A DNA stretch of 63,171 nt, filler included, from Globobulimina sp. (Eukaryota), in the NCBI GenBank assembly GCA_003354225.1. It is 35 parts of 35 records of this genome, joined end to end, with 100 filler letters (N's around TTAATTAATTAA, not from the genome) between each part and the next. Parts side by side here need not be neighbours in the genome. Positions count along the whole stretch, not along the records: positions 10,855 to 12,563 come from PIVH01012862.1; positions 12,664 to 14,372 come from PIVH01012863.1; positions 14,473 to 16,180 come from PIVH01012864.1; positions 16,281 to 17,988 come from PIVH01012865.1; positions 18,089 to 19,796 come from PIVH01012866.1; positions 19,897 to 21,604 come from PIVH01012867.1; positions 21,705 to 23,412 come from PIVH01012868.1; 28 more parts are not named here. One strand, written 5' to 3'. The position numbers and the translations under genes are program-made. The number at the start of each line of letters is the position of its first letter. Positions within the stretch are counted from its first letter, which is position 1. Positions 11,318 through 23,410 of the stretch are shown here, in pieces. The notes beneath the pieces are model-generated. The model saw only the letters and a program-made list of their open reading frames with translations, was not told the DNA's origin and did not search any database.

Positions 11318-12461
11318 TCAACGACAACCTAATTCAGTTAATTTTTTGTACGCAACAACAAAATCTTTCATAAATAGATTACTATCTTTGTAATAAATTT
11401 GTGACCATTTCCTAAACTCTTTGTCTTTTATCATTAACATATCAATGGGTAACATCATTAATTCATCATTTTTATCTTTAAATTGAAGGTTTCCTGTTTC
11501 TTCAATTGTTTTTTCTTCCCAATCATTTTCAAATAATTCCTCAAAATATTCATTACTAAATTTAACTGATACGCAAAATATAGATAAATACCTATGTAGA
11601 TATATATAATTATATAGAAACGGAAACACATACTCGGATTATCGACCCACGGACCATGATATCCACTGCGATCTGTATGACATCGACCTAATACATGTCC
11701 ACCACCAATTAACACAACAATCTGTTGATCATTAAATCCCATTCTATTAAATACAGAGCGAACATGATTTGAATCACCGGCAGCTTTTGGCAATCGTCCA
11801 TTTGCTGGACATAAAGATTTTGATTTTTCATCTTTTCGACCACCGCGAAACTTAATAAAAGGTCAACCCATTGCTTCAATGGCGATATAGCTTGCAAATA
11901 TCCATAAGTCCGCATACGTTATCTCTTCATCATATTTTTTTTTAATATTTTGTAATTTCTTTCTTGCTAAATCTAATCCTGCATTTTCGGGATCATCCAT
12001 TTCGGGCTTAAATCGCATTGATGATCCATTGCTTCCACCGCTTCTGTCCGATTTATCATAGGTTCCCGATGCGTGCCATGCTAAACGTACCAAAATTGGA
12101 CCTATGTTTTTAGTTTGACAAACCATGCATACTCAAAATAGATTGGCATACTCCGCATACCCCAAGAACCATCATCATGTTTTTCGTCATCTAATGCAGC
12201 AATAATATCACGCCGAATTAAATAGTATTTACCATATAATTGTTTCTCTTGGAATTCTGTTAATACATTGTATGCAATATGTGCTGCATCTTGACCATCG
12301 TGCTTTTCCTCAGATGATTTAATTTTAGATTGCTTGTTATTTTGTTCAGAATCTGAGGAATCATCTTTTGGTCTTTTATTAACTTTGAATGGCAAACACA
12401 ACGAGTCAGCGTTTTGTTTATCAAACTTTGACTTTGCAGGTGCGCTCTCATCGTTACCCAT
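11318..12461 (-). CDS. Class I heme peroxidase (cytochrome c / ascorbate peroxidase-like); introns 12102-12160 and 11566-11633; in-frame TGA at 11863-11865
   Basis: [16 protein letters not shown] (distal Arg/Trp/His), [16 protein letters not shown] (proximal His), GYHGPW, LMMLPID; both introns restore the frame. Confidence 0.92.
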
Positions 12462-12663
12462 TTTAAGAGTTTTTATTCTACCGTACTCACGCACCCAAAC
12501 AAAATTACGCATTTATTCTTTGGAAGAGGTATATTTTTTTTACTAGTGAAAGACATCCGGATTNNNNNNNNNNNNNNNNNNNNNNNNNNNNNNNNNNNNN
12601 NNNNNNNTTAATTAATTAANNNNNNNNNNNNNNNNNNNNNNNNNNNNNNNNNNNNNNNNNNNN

Positions 12664-13122
12664 GAAAAGTATCGTATTATTTATGATGACTATCGATTTT
12701 ATCAACATATATTTGATGAAATCAATCGTTTAAATGATGATATTTTTATTGTTTTAAATGAATATTTATGTGAAATCTATTTGGGATTTATTACGAAATG
12801 CGGTGCATATATAATTATTCCGCGATACCACGAATGGTGTAACATCTACGAAATTACTAAGCGATTTAATAACATTTCATTAAATGTCCATGGCGGAATT
12901 ACATTTTTCGAACAAGACATATCGATATTTTGTTTCTACAAAGAAATGCAAAATGAAACCAAATTGTGTTTAGAAAATAGTGTTTGTATTGGTTGGGATT
13001 ATCATCATTCATCGATGAGTTTTTATGCAAAACCTGCGTATGATATTGGTGTCAAATTGACGTTTGATTCCATTGAAAATGATGTGTTGAAAGCAATACA
13101 ATCTGCAAAATGTTGTGATTGA
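12664..13122 (+). CDS. Hypothetical protein with phage/virus-like VHGGITF...IGWDYHH motif (5' partial)
   Basis: Frame open from contig start; motif recalls a small uncharacterised phage protein family (HGGxT[FY]...G[FW]Dx2H). Confidence 0.55.
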   Translation, partial: EKYRIIYDDYRFYQHIFDEINRLNDDIFIVLNEYLCEIYLGFITKCGAYIIIPRYHEWCNIYEITKRFNNISLNVHGGITFFEQDISIFCFYKEMQNETKLCLENSVCIGWDYHHSSMSFYAKPAYDIGVKLTFDSIENDVLKAIQSAKCCD

Positions 13123-13905
13123 GGGTGGTTTGGTGATTGGTAAATTTTTATGTTGGTATATATATTAATATTTTTATGTGATGATTGTTTATTTAAATAT
13201 TGCCGCTAATAATAACATTTAAAATTATAATGAATTCGCAAATTGTTTTTTAAAAGCATTGAACTTCAGATGGCTACGATTAATCAGTATAATGTTAAGT
13301 TTTGTACATTGCCATTCTGAAATAACTCTTATAAGATTTGAAATTGAATTATATAGTTTTGACTGTTTTGTGTACACTAAATTTCAGAAATAATTCACAA
13401 TAATTATTGCACATACACTGAATTCAGAGTGTGCATGTACTGAATTCCGGAAACGTTTTCAGTATATCTGACCACTGCGAATTGCAGTATATTATGATTG
13501 TCGTGATATTTAAAGTAAGTGTATATTTGTAGTGATCTGATTAAAAGCATTTTATGTATATGAAAAACTCAATTCGTCAGACCGATTGAAACAGTTTGCA
13601 AGAATGCGTCAGATTGTTTTCTAAGATTTATCCGTTTTGCGAATTAAAGGAAAACCTAGAAAAATGTTTCTGACACTGGATCATGGAAACAATAATTGTC
13701 AGATTATTCCTATCACTTTGTTTTTTTGACTCAATACCAGAGCTTGGCTTTTTATCAAAAACACTGCATTCATGAGCTTGCACACAGTATTTGTTTTTGT
13801 CAGGAGTTAAAACAATAGGATGGAATTAAAGAGAAGAATAAATTAACAAATCCGATGGATTTTCTGTCATTGTATAATTTGTATTGCTATTCTGCAATTT
13901 ACAAA

Positions 13906-14372
13906 TCAATACAATTGTGTTTGAATTAATTTGGAATAGTATGAGTCCTGCTCACCAAGCAATTCCTGATGATTACCGCTTTGAACAACATAGCCATCTT
14001 TCAGCACAGAAATAATATTTGCATTTTTAATCGTACTCAATCGATGTGCAATCACAATCGTTGTTCTTTTTTTCATACTCTTTTCCAATGCATCAGCCAC
14101 TAACTGCTCACTGGTACTGTCCAAAGCCGACGTAGCCTCATCCAACAGCAAAATATTTGGTTTCTTTATCAACGCCCTCGCGATGGCGATCCGTTGCTTC
14201 TGGCCACCACTCAAATTCGTGCCACCTTCGCCAATTTCAGTCATATATCCATCCGGGAAATCCATTATAAATGAATGTGCATTTGCCTCCTTGGCAACAT
14301 CATACATTTCCTCCATAAAATCACCTCCCACATCAGCTCGTACACCCAATCCATACAATATATTATCCGTAA
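13906..14372 (-). CDS. ABCB/MDR-type ABC transporter, C-terminal ATPase domain (5' partial)
   Basis: [36 protein letters not shown]. Confidence 0.95.
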
Positions 14373-14599
14373 NNNNNNNNNNNNNNNNNNNNNNNNNNNN
14401 NNNNNNNNNNNNNNNNTTAATTAATTAANNNNNNNNNNNNNNNNNNNNNNNNNNNNNNNNNNNNNNNNNNNNCGCCTAAAATGCATTTTTAAATCTCAAG
14501 CAGGTCACCCATTTTCAAAGCAGATTGATCGATTTGGGGGGTCATCCACCCCCAACCACGGCTATGAGATCAGGTCGCTGTCTGTCACCCCAGCGACAT

Positions 14600-15916
14600 T
14601 CAATCAAGATATATTGTACTCACATCGTACATAAGAACACTTCGATATAAGTCGCTGTTTTCTTTACGACGAAGCCATTTCCAAATTGTCGCTTTGAGAG
14701 CATCTTCGTCCTTTGAGAGCATCTGTAACAAAGGGGGTCGTGATACAGTATAAACATTACAGATATACATGGCCCTTAACTAAAACGTACAGTACCCAAC
14801 CGACTTGGCTTGTACATGTATGTGCGCTTTGTGTGCAACAAGAAAAATAATTACCTCAGTGTCGACCACTTCTTCTTCTTGAACTGTTTCTTCTGGAACA
14901 CCTGATTGGTCAGAATAAGTACGTTTTTCAATTTGTGGATTAGTGTCTTCTGGCAGTTCATCATTTACTAAAAACATGGCATTTGGTAACATTGTTCTGT
15001 ATATGATAGCACTTCCATTTGGTAGAACAGTTCGGTTATTCTGCTGTTACCATTATTATGATTATTACTAAAATAAATTACTAAAATTACTTTCATGTGA
15101 ATTTGTAGGGGTCGACGGAGTAGAAATATTGACAACTTCTCTAATGACTTCATCGTATACTGTCTCGAATGAATTGTCAAAACTGTCGTCTCCATGATGC
15201 GTCTCTTCAACCAGACTTTCTTTGGCAACACCAGCACCTTCAAATGATTCATAAATTCTCCGAGATAATTCATCTTCTGTAACTTCCTCTCTAATCAATG
15301 TAAACTAAAATAACAAAATCAATGAAATGTTTTTTTTTTGTAAACGTACTTGTTCAGTCGTTAATTGTGCAAGTTTCACACGGCATTCTTCATCACCTTT
15401 ACCATCCAGGGTATCCAAAAAAGCAATATTGTCTTGAAAATTTTGTACACGTTGTTGTTCAATTTGATCAATGTTAGCAAGATACCGGTTGATATTGGCT
15501 TGGACTGTTTCACCAATCATATTAATTAATTCTGCTGGTGGCAGTTGTAATTGATCAGAGATTGGCATTGGTTCCGCAACAGTTGGTTTGGCGACTGATG
15601 GCTGAAACAATGGCAAAATACAAAAATCGTGGCAAGCGCGGAATCGCAGGGCGCTGTAGAGCAGAGCCATCTATATGGTTCTAAACCGTGTGTGCGCAAT
15701 AACTAGAGGTAGCATATCCCGTATCTCAGGAACGAGATATCTGATCCACTTGAAATTTGGCACACCTACTAACATCTGACCCCTAAACTGTCCACATAAA
15801 AAATTAACCCGATCGGTCGATTCATTAATAATGGTCTGATTGAGCTGAAATTTGTTTTGGAGGTACCGAAACATACACGAACACATATACACCAGTGAAA
15901 AGTGCTCAGAGAGCAC
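14600..15916 (-). CDS. Possible multi-exon or degraded hypothetical gene
   Basis: Chain of co-oriented short minus-strand ORFs with plausible splice sites; no recognisable domain. Confidence 0.25.
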
Positions 15917-16280
15917 AAGGGCATAATATGCTTGGAATCAATAAAAGAAAAAATAAATAAATCGCATCGATTAGTAAATGTAAAATACCCGCAATAAATG
16001 CTCCATGACCGAAAACCTCAAAGAAGAAAAAATCAGACAAAACGGCTACTTATTGATCGAGTTATAGACAAAAATCTACTGATGACGTCACTTCCGGTCG
16101 GTTTTCGAAAAAACTAATTCCATGGTACAACTCGCCATAACTGAAAACCTCCAACAAAAAAATTTCAGACAAAACGAATCNNNNNNNNNNNNNNNNNNNN
16201 NNNNNNNNNNNNNNNNNNNNNNNNTTAATTAATTAANNNNNNNNNNNNNNNNNNNNNNNNNNNNNNNNNNNNNNNNNNNN

Positions 16281-17556
16281 CCGTGAAATAGTGATTGATA
16301 ATATTATTACCGAAACAATTGATAATATGGACAACATTCGAAACAAATATAATATTAATAATAACAGCGATGTAAATGACGATGAATTTATATCCCATAT
16401 CACAGAATTAATTGTTCAGAAAATATCTTCCCAAATGGATATCGCAGCAATTATTAAAGCATCAAAACCAGCAACAAATCCAGACAAACCAGTAAGACCA
16501 CCACCGGTTGATACACGACAAGAAGATGTAATTGAAAACAAAACATGTACAGAAACAGCAGTGGCAGATAACAAATTGGATGAAAATGAATTAATTGGAA
16601 ACGAGCCATTGACGCAAGGCGCCCGCTCCAATCAGACATCAATAGGTACTGCGTTACTATCGATAAAGATGTCGGGACTTAAACAGCGATTAACGCCTTC
16701 AACCACAGCCACCGCATCAATCGATCCCTATAACACAAATCAACCACACTCACAATTGATATCTACAGACACGTTTGGACCGAATGTTGTAACTCAAGCA
16801 CGCCCTCAAACGCAAACGCAAATGGTGCCAGAAATTATTAAAGGTAACACACAACAGTACCAATTTCAATCTGTGCAACAACAACAACCACATCCACACA
16901 CAACATCACATCAACAGCATCAGCAGCAATATGTAATGATACCGACGCCAATAAACGCAATGTATTATGGCGCACCATATACTTATCCGCATGCACACGC
17001 ACCGTATCATCCATATATGTCGCCAATGAGTATGAACATGAATATGAATATGAATGGTCAGCCAATATCAACAACGTACAAACACGCACATATGAAGAAT
17101 GTTGAGATAAGTGAGGATACAATGAGCGTTTCAGGACCTTCAGGCCATCCAAGTAAAAGAAGAAAGAGATCGAAATTAGATAAGTATGAAAATGACGAAG
17201 AGCGTAATGCTGCGCAGGTGAAAGATTTGTTTACCAAAACGATTAATAATCGGCATAGTGCGGTGGAAGAGATGTTGGCATCGAATACCGATCCAAATAC
17301 AAAGGATGAACATGGTAATACTATATTGCACGTTGCGGCGCAAAATGGAAATAAAAGATTAATCAAAATTGCATTAAGATGGGGCGGCAGAATAAATGAG
17401 CAAAACAAACAGGGACAAACTGCGTTACATTATTTGTTTGCATATAAATATGAAAATTTAGCGGCATATTTAATATCAAAAGGAGCAGATGATACAATAC
17501 AAAATGAATTCGGATATACGTGTTATGATGGATTGAGGCCATCAACTGACGCTTAA
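16281..17556 (+). CDS. Protein with low-complexity N-terminal region and C-terminal ankyrin repeats (5' partial)
   Basis: DEHGNTILHVAAQNG, NKQGQTALHY, NEFGYT ankyrin motifs. Confidence 0.9.
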
Positions 17557-18207
17557 ATGTATTTATTTATTGTTCTAATTTTAAATGTAATTTAGTTATC
17601 TTTACAGTTTACATTAATATATTATAATAACAAAAATATGAATTGGTTGCCTTTTGCAGGATTATATGTTGGAATACTTGTTTGATTCGTAAAAAACTTA
17701 AAGATACCCCACATGGTCGATAAGTTGTATACATTTTATTCAATGCAGAAACGGGTTGCTATCTGTGTGTCTTGTGTTTGTTTTGTGTTTGCTTCTACTT
17801 AAAACATCTCAGTTTCTCCAACAGTTACATTGTTGCATCTGTGTTAAGTGACCATTGACCAAAAAAAGAAACATGTAAACATTACAACTAAATTAATGAT
17901 CAACCCATACGAAGAGCGATCGTTATTATTGGAATAAACAATATCAAAACCGACAATCTATTCATGTAAATCGCAGTTCAAATGTTCCNNNNNNNNNNNN
18001 NNNNNNNNNNNNNNNNNNNNNNNNNNNNNNNNTTAATTAATTAANNNNNNNNNNNNNNNNNNNNNNNNNNNNNNNNNNNNNNNNNNNNATTTTACATGAT
18101 AAGGAGTATGATATAAGCGAGTATTACAAATAAATTATCAATATAAATGATATAAGGAGTATGATATATTTTATGTACGCCAGATGTCATTGTCATTGTC
18201 CACAAGT

Positions 18208-19796
18208 TCACTGACACCACGGTCGAAAGTATTCATTATACGGCTTGGTCAGGTTTGGATGTCTCGGGGTCTTACGGCCACCACTGCATGGAACAGAATA
18301 CCGCGCCCTGGATTTTTGCATTATTCCTCGATTGAGTTCGGATAACCATTTGAATATCGGTGCGCTCCTATTTTTAAATGCATTCTTTGCGTTCAAATCA
18401 TATCTTTCAAATGGATCTTTTTTCAAATCATAAACAGAATTTATTTTCGCATCACCAATGATTACCCCCTTTGGAACAGAAGCAGTTCTCACAAATATGG
18501 TCGAATCATTTGTATTCCATCGATACCACAAAGAGGGTCTCCCTCCGCCGGTCATTAACATTTTATAGTTTTTCCAACGAATCGCTTTCTGTGATCCGGG
18601 AGTTGCTCCATTCAACGCAACGTCCGCCGAATACCATATCAAATCACGAGGCGGTTTGTGTAGTAACTTGCCATCATAGTCGGTGTCATATATTTGCTGA
18701 TAAATTGAATTTGTATTTTTCACATTTTCAGTGAACATTTCGCTCCATACTTTGTAATGACTCACTCCGCTCAGATTCAAATATTTAAACTGAGGCAAAC
18801 TTAATCCACTCATTTCCATTAAAGTTGCCATCCAATCTGAAATATGAAATAAATACTGATAATTCAGAGTATATTTACTATCAAATCCTCCATAATGCAG
18901 AACAGCAGGAACTCGAGTACCTCCTTCCTGTTTTTTGTTGAATCAATCAAGAAAAGCCATAGATATCGATGTCAAATACAAATATATTGTATAGATCACA
19001 CAGACCCAAATTGAATGTTTCCCGCCTCGTAACGGATAATTTTCTCCTCCAACACCATCAGTGGCAGCGATTGCAGCTCCATTGTCTGACGTAAATACAA
19101 TGATTGTGTTATCATACAATCCTTTATCTTTTAACAGCTTTGTAATATTTCCAATTCCTTCATCCATGCAATATATCATCGCAAGTCCTGTCCTCCGCTT
19201 TGGACTCATATATGTATCGTTTACTTTTTCCAAATATTGCGCCGGAACGCTAGGTGGACTATGGATCGCTTGGTATGATAAATAAATAAAAAATGGACTT
19301 CTTTCATCTGTAACGATTGGCTCAAATTTGTTCTTTTTTGCATTATATTGATAGTGTATTCCATATTTATCAGAATGGTTTTTGATAATTTCAATGACTT
19401 TGTCAGTAAACAAATACGTTGAATATGTGCCATCATCTTCGATAACGGGGCGACTGCAATTTTCTCCACATTCAAAATGGGATTCTTCATTCAAATCATA
19501 TCGGTGTCCATTTCGATGGTCATAGTAACCCGCGGAGCCTCCATACATTCCATAGAAATATTCAAATCCTCGGAATGTCGGAGTGAGTCTGTACGAAGAA
19601 TAGCCAATATGCCATTTGCCGACAGCATAAGTGTCATATCCTGAATATGTGCGCAGTATATTGGACAGCAAAGGAAGTTTCGGGTCAAGTCCAGAAGTTG
19701 ATGTTTTTGTGATAATTCCTCTTAATCCATTCTCAATGTCGCGTCTTCCGGACAATAGCACGCCGCGTGACGCTGAACAGACGCATAAAGTATAAT
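18208..19796 (-). CDS. Arylsulfatase (ARSB/I/J-like, family S1); intron 18928-19005; 5' partial
   Basis: CSASRGVLLSGR formylglycine motif, GKWHIG, SDNG, LRGGKHSIW|EGGTRVP across the splice, HISDW, DPFE. Confidence 0.92.
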
Positions 19797-19896
19797 NNNN
19801 NNNNNNNNNNNNNNNNNNNNNNNNNNNNNNNNNNNNNNNNTTAATTAATTAANNNNNNNNNNNNNNNNNNNNNNNNNNNNNNNNNNNNNNNNNNNN

Positions 19897-20153
19897 CATT
19901 GGATGAAAAGGCATTGATTTATGATCAAAGAAAGAAAGCAATGCGATCTGTAGAGGAAATATGGGGCTTTTATGTTGGAAATAATTCGAATTCGGATGAA
20001 CCATTTGATTTAACATTATCTGATGATGATGAATTACAAAATAATTCAAATAAAAAACGTAGGTTAATGATGGTGGAAGATGATAATTATAACAGCCATA
20101 ATCATAACACAAATAATTCGTCTTCTCCTCGTAAAAAACAACGTATTCGTTAA
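19897..20153 (+). CDS. Hypothetical protein C-terminal fragment with NLS-like end (PRKKQRIR)
   Basis: Open frame from contig start. Confidence 0.4.
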
Positions 20154-20270
20154 TTATATAATTGTATATTAAAAATATTGTGTATTACGTACGATAGAAA
20201 AAATAAAAGTGAATGATAACTAAACGATGACCAGGGGGAGTATCTATTGAGTTGACTTTTTTGTAAAAAC

Positions 20271-21183
20271 ATGGCAGCTCCTTTAAAAGAGTCTCCGTTC
20301 GCCAAATTAAATGCCATATTATCCAATCTTGTAAATCATCAATCAGTGCTAAAACTATGCAAAACTGTGTTGTCGAATATTGTGGTTTGTGTTACATATT
20401 AATATATTTATAATAATTCACTTGATATATTTTTATTTGCATAGAAAGATCCAACAAATCCAAAATATCAATCATTAAATGATTCAAAATTAGCATCAAA
20501 ATGCAATCCAGACCAATATGTTTATTTGAGTGGATTTCTAAAATTGATTGGATTTCAAAGACAAATGATAAAAACGAAAATAACAACAATTGAATAATCA
20601 TCAGAGTGTCGATGGATTTATAACGGCAAACATAATATGGATTTAATGCATAAACTTTTAAACATGACACAGTCACAAATGAATGTGGCAAAGAAACAAA
20701 TGTTGGACAAACAAATGGCAATTGCATATCCACCAAAAATGGGTGAATTAGCAACGGATAATGTTCAATTTTGGGCAAAATATCAAAACAGCAAAGATAA
20801 CTTTCATAGTGGAGCGAGTTGGGGCAATTATTTTGTTGTTCTTATATTTGTAAACTTATTACCTTATAAAATATCAATACATTGGATCAATAGACATGGC
20901 ATTGAACGCGAAAGGGGCACAATTGTCGATATAGGTAAAAATGTGACCATATTTGCACAGTTAAATCATCCGCATATTATCAAAACACTTGGCAATAAAC
21001 TGTATGGAATGAAGGATGAATATTTAATTGGATACAATGCCACTTCGCGTGGTATTACAAACAATGGATTCCATGTTATATTTGTCGGTAAGATACCTGT
21101 CAATATGGTGCAGCAAAAAGCATTGGAATTGATTGGAAAAGCAGAGCAGGACAAAAGAGTGAAACCACGAATGGGGCCTGCAC
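20271..21183 (+). CDS. Eukaryotic PUB-domain + VHL-beta-like domain protein; intron ~20385-20444; in-frame TAA at 20595; 3' end lost at chimera junction
   Basis: LCKTVLSNIV|KDPTNPKYQSLN...FLKLIGF (PUB); VLIFVNLLPYKISIHWINRHG...LNHPHII (VHL beta-like). Confidence 0.65.
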
Positions 21184-21390
21184 CATCACCCCCACGTCCT
21201 GCAGCCGGTCATGGTCTATCTGGACAAGTATATCGCCTTCTCTCTGGGCTCATTCATTTCAGCGGAAACCAAGGACAACGCAAACAAAGGGATGCTGCTG
21301 GAAGTAACCGTGTCCCCGGGCGGAAAAATAGCAAACGTATATCGCCGAACATTTAGTATCAGCGAACAGTATCAGCCGGTATTCAATTAG
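21184..21390 (+). CDS. Bacterial CapA/PgsA-family metallophosphatase-like protein, C-terminal fragment (not in ORF track)
   Basis: Manual translation HHPHVLQPVMVYLDKYIAFSLGSFI...QYQPVFN* matches CapA GHHPHV.Q...Y...IAYSLGNF; GC-rich. Confidence 0.8.
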   Translation, partial: HHPHVLQPVMVYLDKYIAFSLGSFISAETKDNANKGMLLEVTVSPGGKIANVYRRTFSISEQYQPVFN

Positions 21391-21422
21391 TCGCGTAGCC
21401 TGAAAACCAGGGGAATAGAGTA

Positions 21423-21604
21423 ATGTGGACGCTCCTTTGGCACATGTTTATCGCCGCTATCCAGGTCCACATCGACCCGTGGTTCGGACCCGAGCGCCAG
21501 CGTAAACGGGCCGAAAAACGGATTATCCGGGAGGTCCGGCGCGCCTACCGGGACGTACCATTCTATCGACGGAAATACGATGAAGCCGGGGTGAACATCG
21601 ATTC
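21423..21604 (+). CDS. Bacterial phenylacetate-CoA ligase/CapK-family protein, N-terminal fragment
   Basis: VRRAYRDVPFYRRKYDEAGV motif; purine-rich RBS-like GGGGAA upstream; GC-rich. Confidence 0.75.
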
Positions 21605-21948
21605 NNNNNNNNNNNNNNNNNNNNNNNNNNNNNNNNNNNNNNNNNNNNTTAATTAATTAANNNNNNNNNNNNNNNNNNNNNNNNNNNNNNNNNNNNNNNN
21701 NNNNTGATATTTTCTCGAATTTTATCGCAAAGACAAAGACTACTTTTTTTGATATTTTTACTTCAAAGAAAAACCCAAAAACCAACTCTTCACTATCAAC
21801 CATCCTCTCTTGACAAAAACCAACTCACATCCAATTCGTCGCATCCAATTCCTCACATCCAATCGCATCAAATGGGTATGTTCCAATCGCATCAATAGGC
21901 TTTGTTTCATACAGATCATTAATCGTACGTACAGATAAAGCACCAATT

Positions 21949-23112
21949 GTGTCGAGGGCGCCTGAGTTAACAAATCAAAGCATTACAACAATTTTAAATC
22001 AGAACAGAACCTTGGACGATTTCGATGATTTTTGTACATTCGTTGGTTATAAATTCCCTGCGGCATATCGCCAAAAATTCATGTTACTGCGAAATAGTAA
22101 CCAATTAACAATTGTCGACGATCAATGGATAACTTGGGTGGGATACAATGCGGAGAAATCATTTAATCGTCGTAAAGATGCAAAAGCTACATTAAAAAAA
22201 TATGCCATTCCGTACGAGCTCAAAAAATGGAATCAAATCCAAAATTTCCCAGTAATTGTTGATGGATTATTAAGAATGGCAAATATGGAATTAAGAATTT
22301 TAAAAACTACAAAATTTATAACATTAACAAATCAATCATTGAGGGAATTTTTTATGGTGGTTAACACTGATTCGGCTGTGAATATCAGGCAATATTATTT
22401 GGCTTTGGAAACAATGATTTATTCCCATCAACAATATCTCCAAATGCGAGACGCCCAAATAATCAATTTTAAAGATAATAAAATTGATCAGTTGATGGCC
22501 CAGTTCCGTGCCGAAAATCGCCAAAGACGAATGGAACATAAAAAAGTATATCGTGGGATTTCAGAGATTGTCGAACAAAACACGGAATTAAAAAACGACA
22601 ATGTTTTGATTGCACAGCAAAACGTTTTGATTGCGGATCAAAACGATGAATTAAAAAACGACATCAATGTGGTTACGCAGCAAAACGGCAATATTCTGAT
22701 GGCCGTGAATGATACTAAATCTGCATTGGGTTTTTCATTGAGCGGAAAAAAAACGCGCCAATTCGCTATTATTAAACTGGCTCCATTAAGAGATATTGAC
22801 AATGGTTGCTATCTTAAGAAATGCGGTGGGACAAAAGAATATATTGAAACGAAATTAAATGATTTGAAAAAAAAATATCAAAACGCCTTGATATTGACAC
22901 GTATTAATCATACAACATCTATTGATTTCCATTTGGTGTTGAAGAATTTTATTATTGAAGAATTTGGTATTGAGGAATTTTGTCAACATCGCAAAAAGAC
23001 ATCACAATTTAAATTGACATCAATTGATGATGATGAATTAAAGAGAGTTATTATTGAGGTAGCCAAGCAACCATTTAGTGAATTACAACGGTTGATTGAT
23101 TTGAATTTTTAA
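21949..23112 (+). CDS. NCLDV-type MSV199-domain-like protein (iridovirus/entomopoxvirus family) with coiled coil
   Basis: Intronless; W..WVGY...RRKD...LKKY.IPY and FFM.VNT..A..IRQYYL.LE pattern recalled from the MSV199 family. Confidence 0.65.
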   Translation: MSRAPELTNQSITTILNQNRTLDDFDDFCTFVGYKFPAAYRQKFMLLRNSNQLTIVDDQWITWVGYNAEKSFNRRKDAKATLKKYAIPYELKKWNQIQNFPVIVDGLLRMANMELRILKTTKFITLTNQSLREFFMVVNTDSAVNIRQYYLALETMIYSHQQYLQMRDAQIINFKDNKIDQLMAQFRAENRQRRMEHKKVYRGISEIVEQNTELKNDNVLIAQQNVLIADQNDELKNDINVVTQQNGNILMAVNDTKSALGFSLSGKKTRQFAIIKLAPLRDIDNGCYLKKCGGTKEYIETKLNDLKKKYQNALILTRINHTTSIDFHLVLKNFIIEEFGIEEFCQHRKKTSQFKLTSIDDDELKRVIIEVAKQPFSELQRLIDLNF

Positions 23113-23173
23113 AAAAATGTTTTAATTTAATTTATTTAAATTTCGCAAAGACGTCTTTCGTCTCATTTTATTT

Positions 23174-23410
23174 GACCTCTTCGCTGTCACGAAGACATCT
23201 TTTTTTGACCTCTTCGCAGTCACGAAGACATCTCATTTTATTTGACCTCTTCGCTGTCACGAAGACATCTTTTTTTATTTGACCTCTTCGCTGTCACGAA
23301 GACATCTCATTTTATTTGACCTCTTCGCTGTCACGAAGACATCTTTTTTTGACCTCTTCGCTGTCACGAAGACATCTTTTTTTGACCTCTTCGCTGTCAC
23401 GAAGACATCT
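23174..23410. repeat. Array of 7 copies of 27-bp GACCTCTTCGCTGTCACGAAGACATCT with 6-10 nt T-rich spacers (period 33/37), running off contig end
   Basis: Copies at 23174, 23207, 23244, 23281, 23318, 23351, 23384; internal palindrome TCTTCG-N6-CGAAGA. Confidence 0.97.

Noticed and set aside
11863-11865. Selenocysteine or a global alternative genetic code
   Set aside because: The site is a conserved Gly, not Cys; TAA, TAG and TGA appear as internal stops only rarely, and long ORFs translate cleanly in the standard code.
16079-16112. Hammerhead ribozyme (CTGATGA...CGAAA)
   Set aside because: Stem II and the flanking stems do not pair convincingly; the motif lies between two imperfect direct repeats (~16005 and ~16135).
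21184-21356. C-terminus of the listed ORF 20637..21356
   Set aside because: It is an off-frame read-through into bacterial CapA DNA.
23174-23410. CRISPR array
   Set aside because: The repeat is 27 bp and palindromic, but spacers are only 6-10 nt, T-rich and reused, and no cas genes are present.
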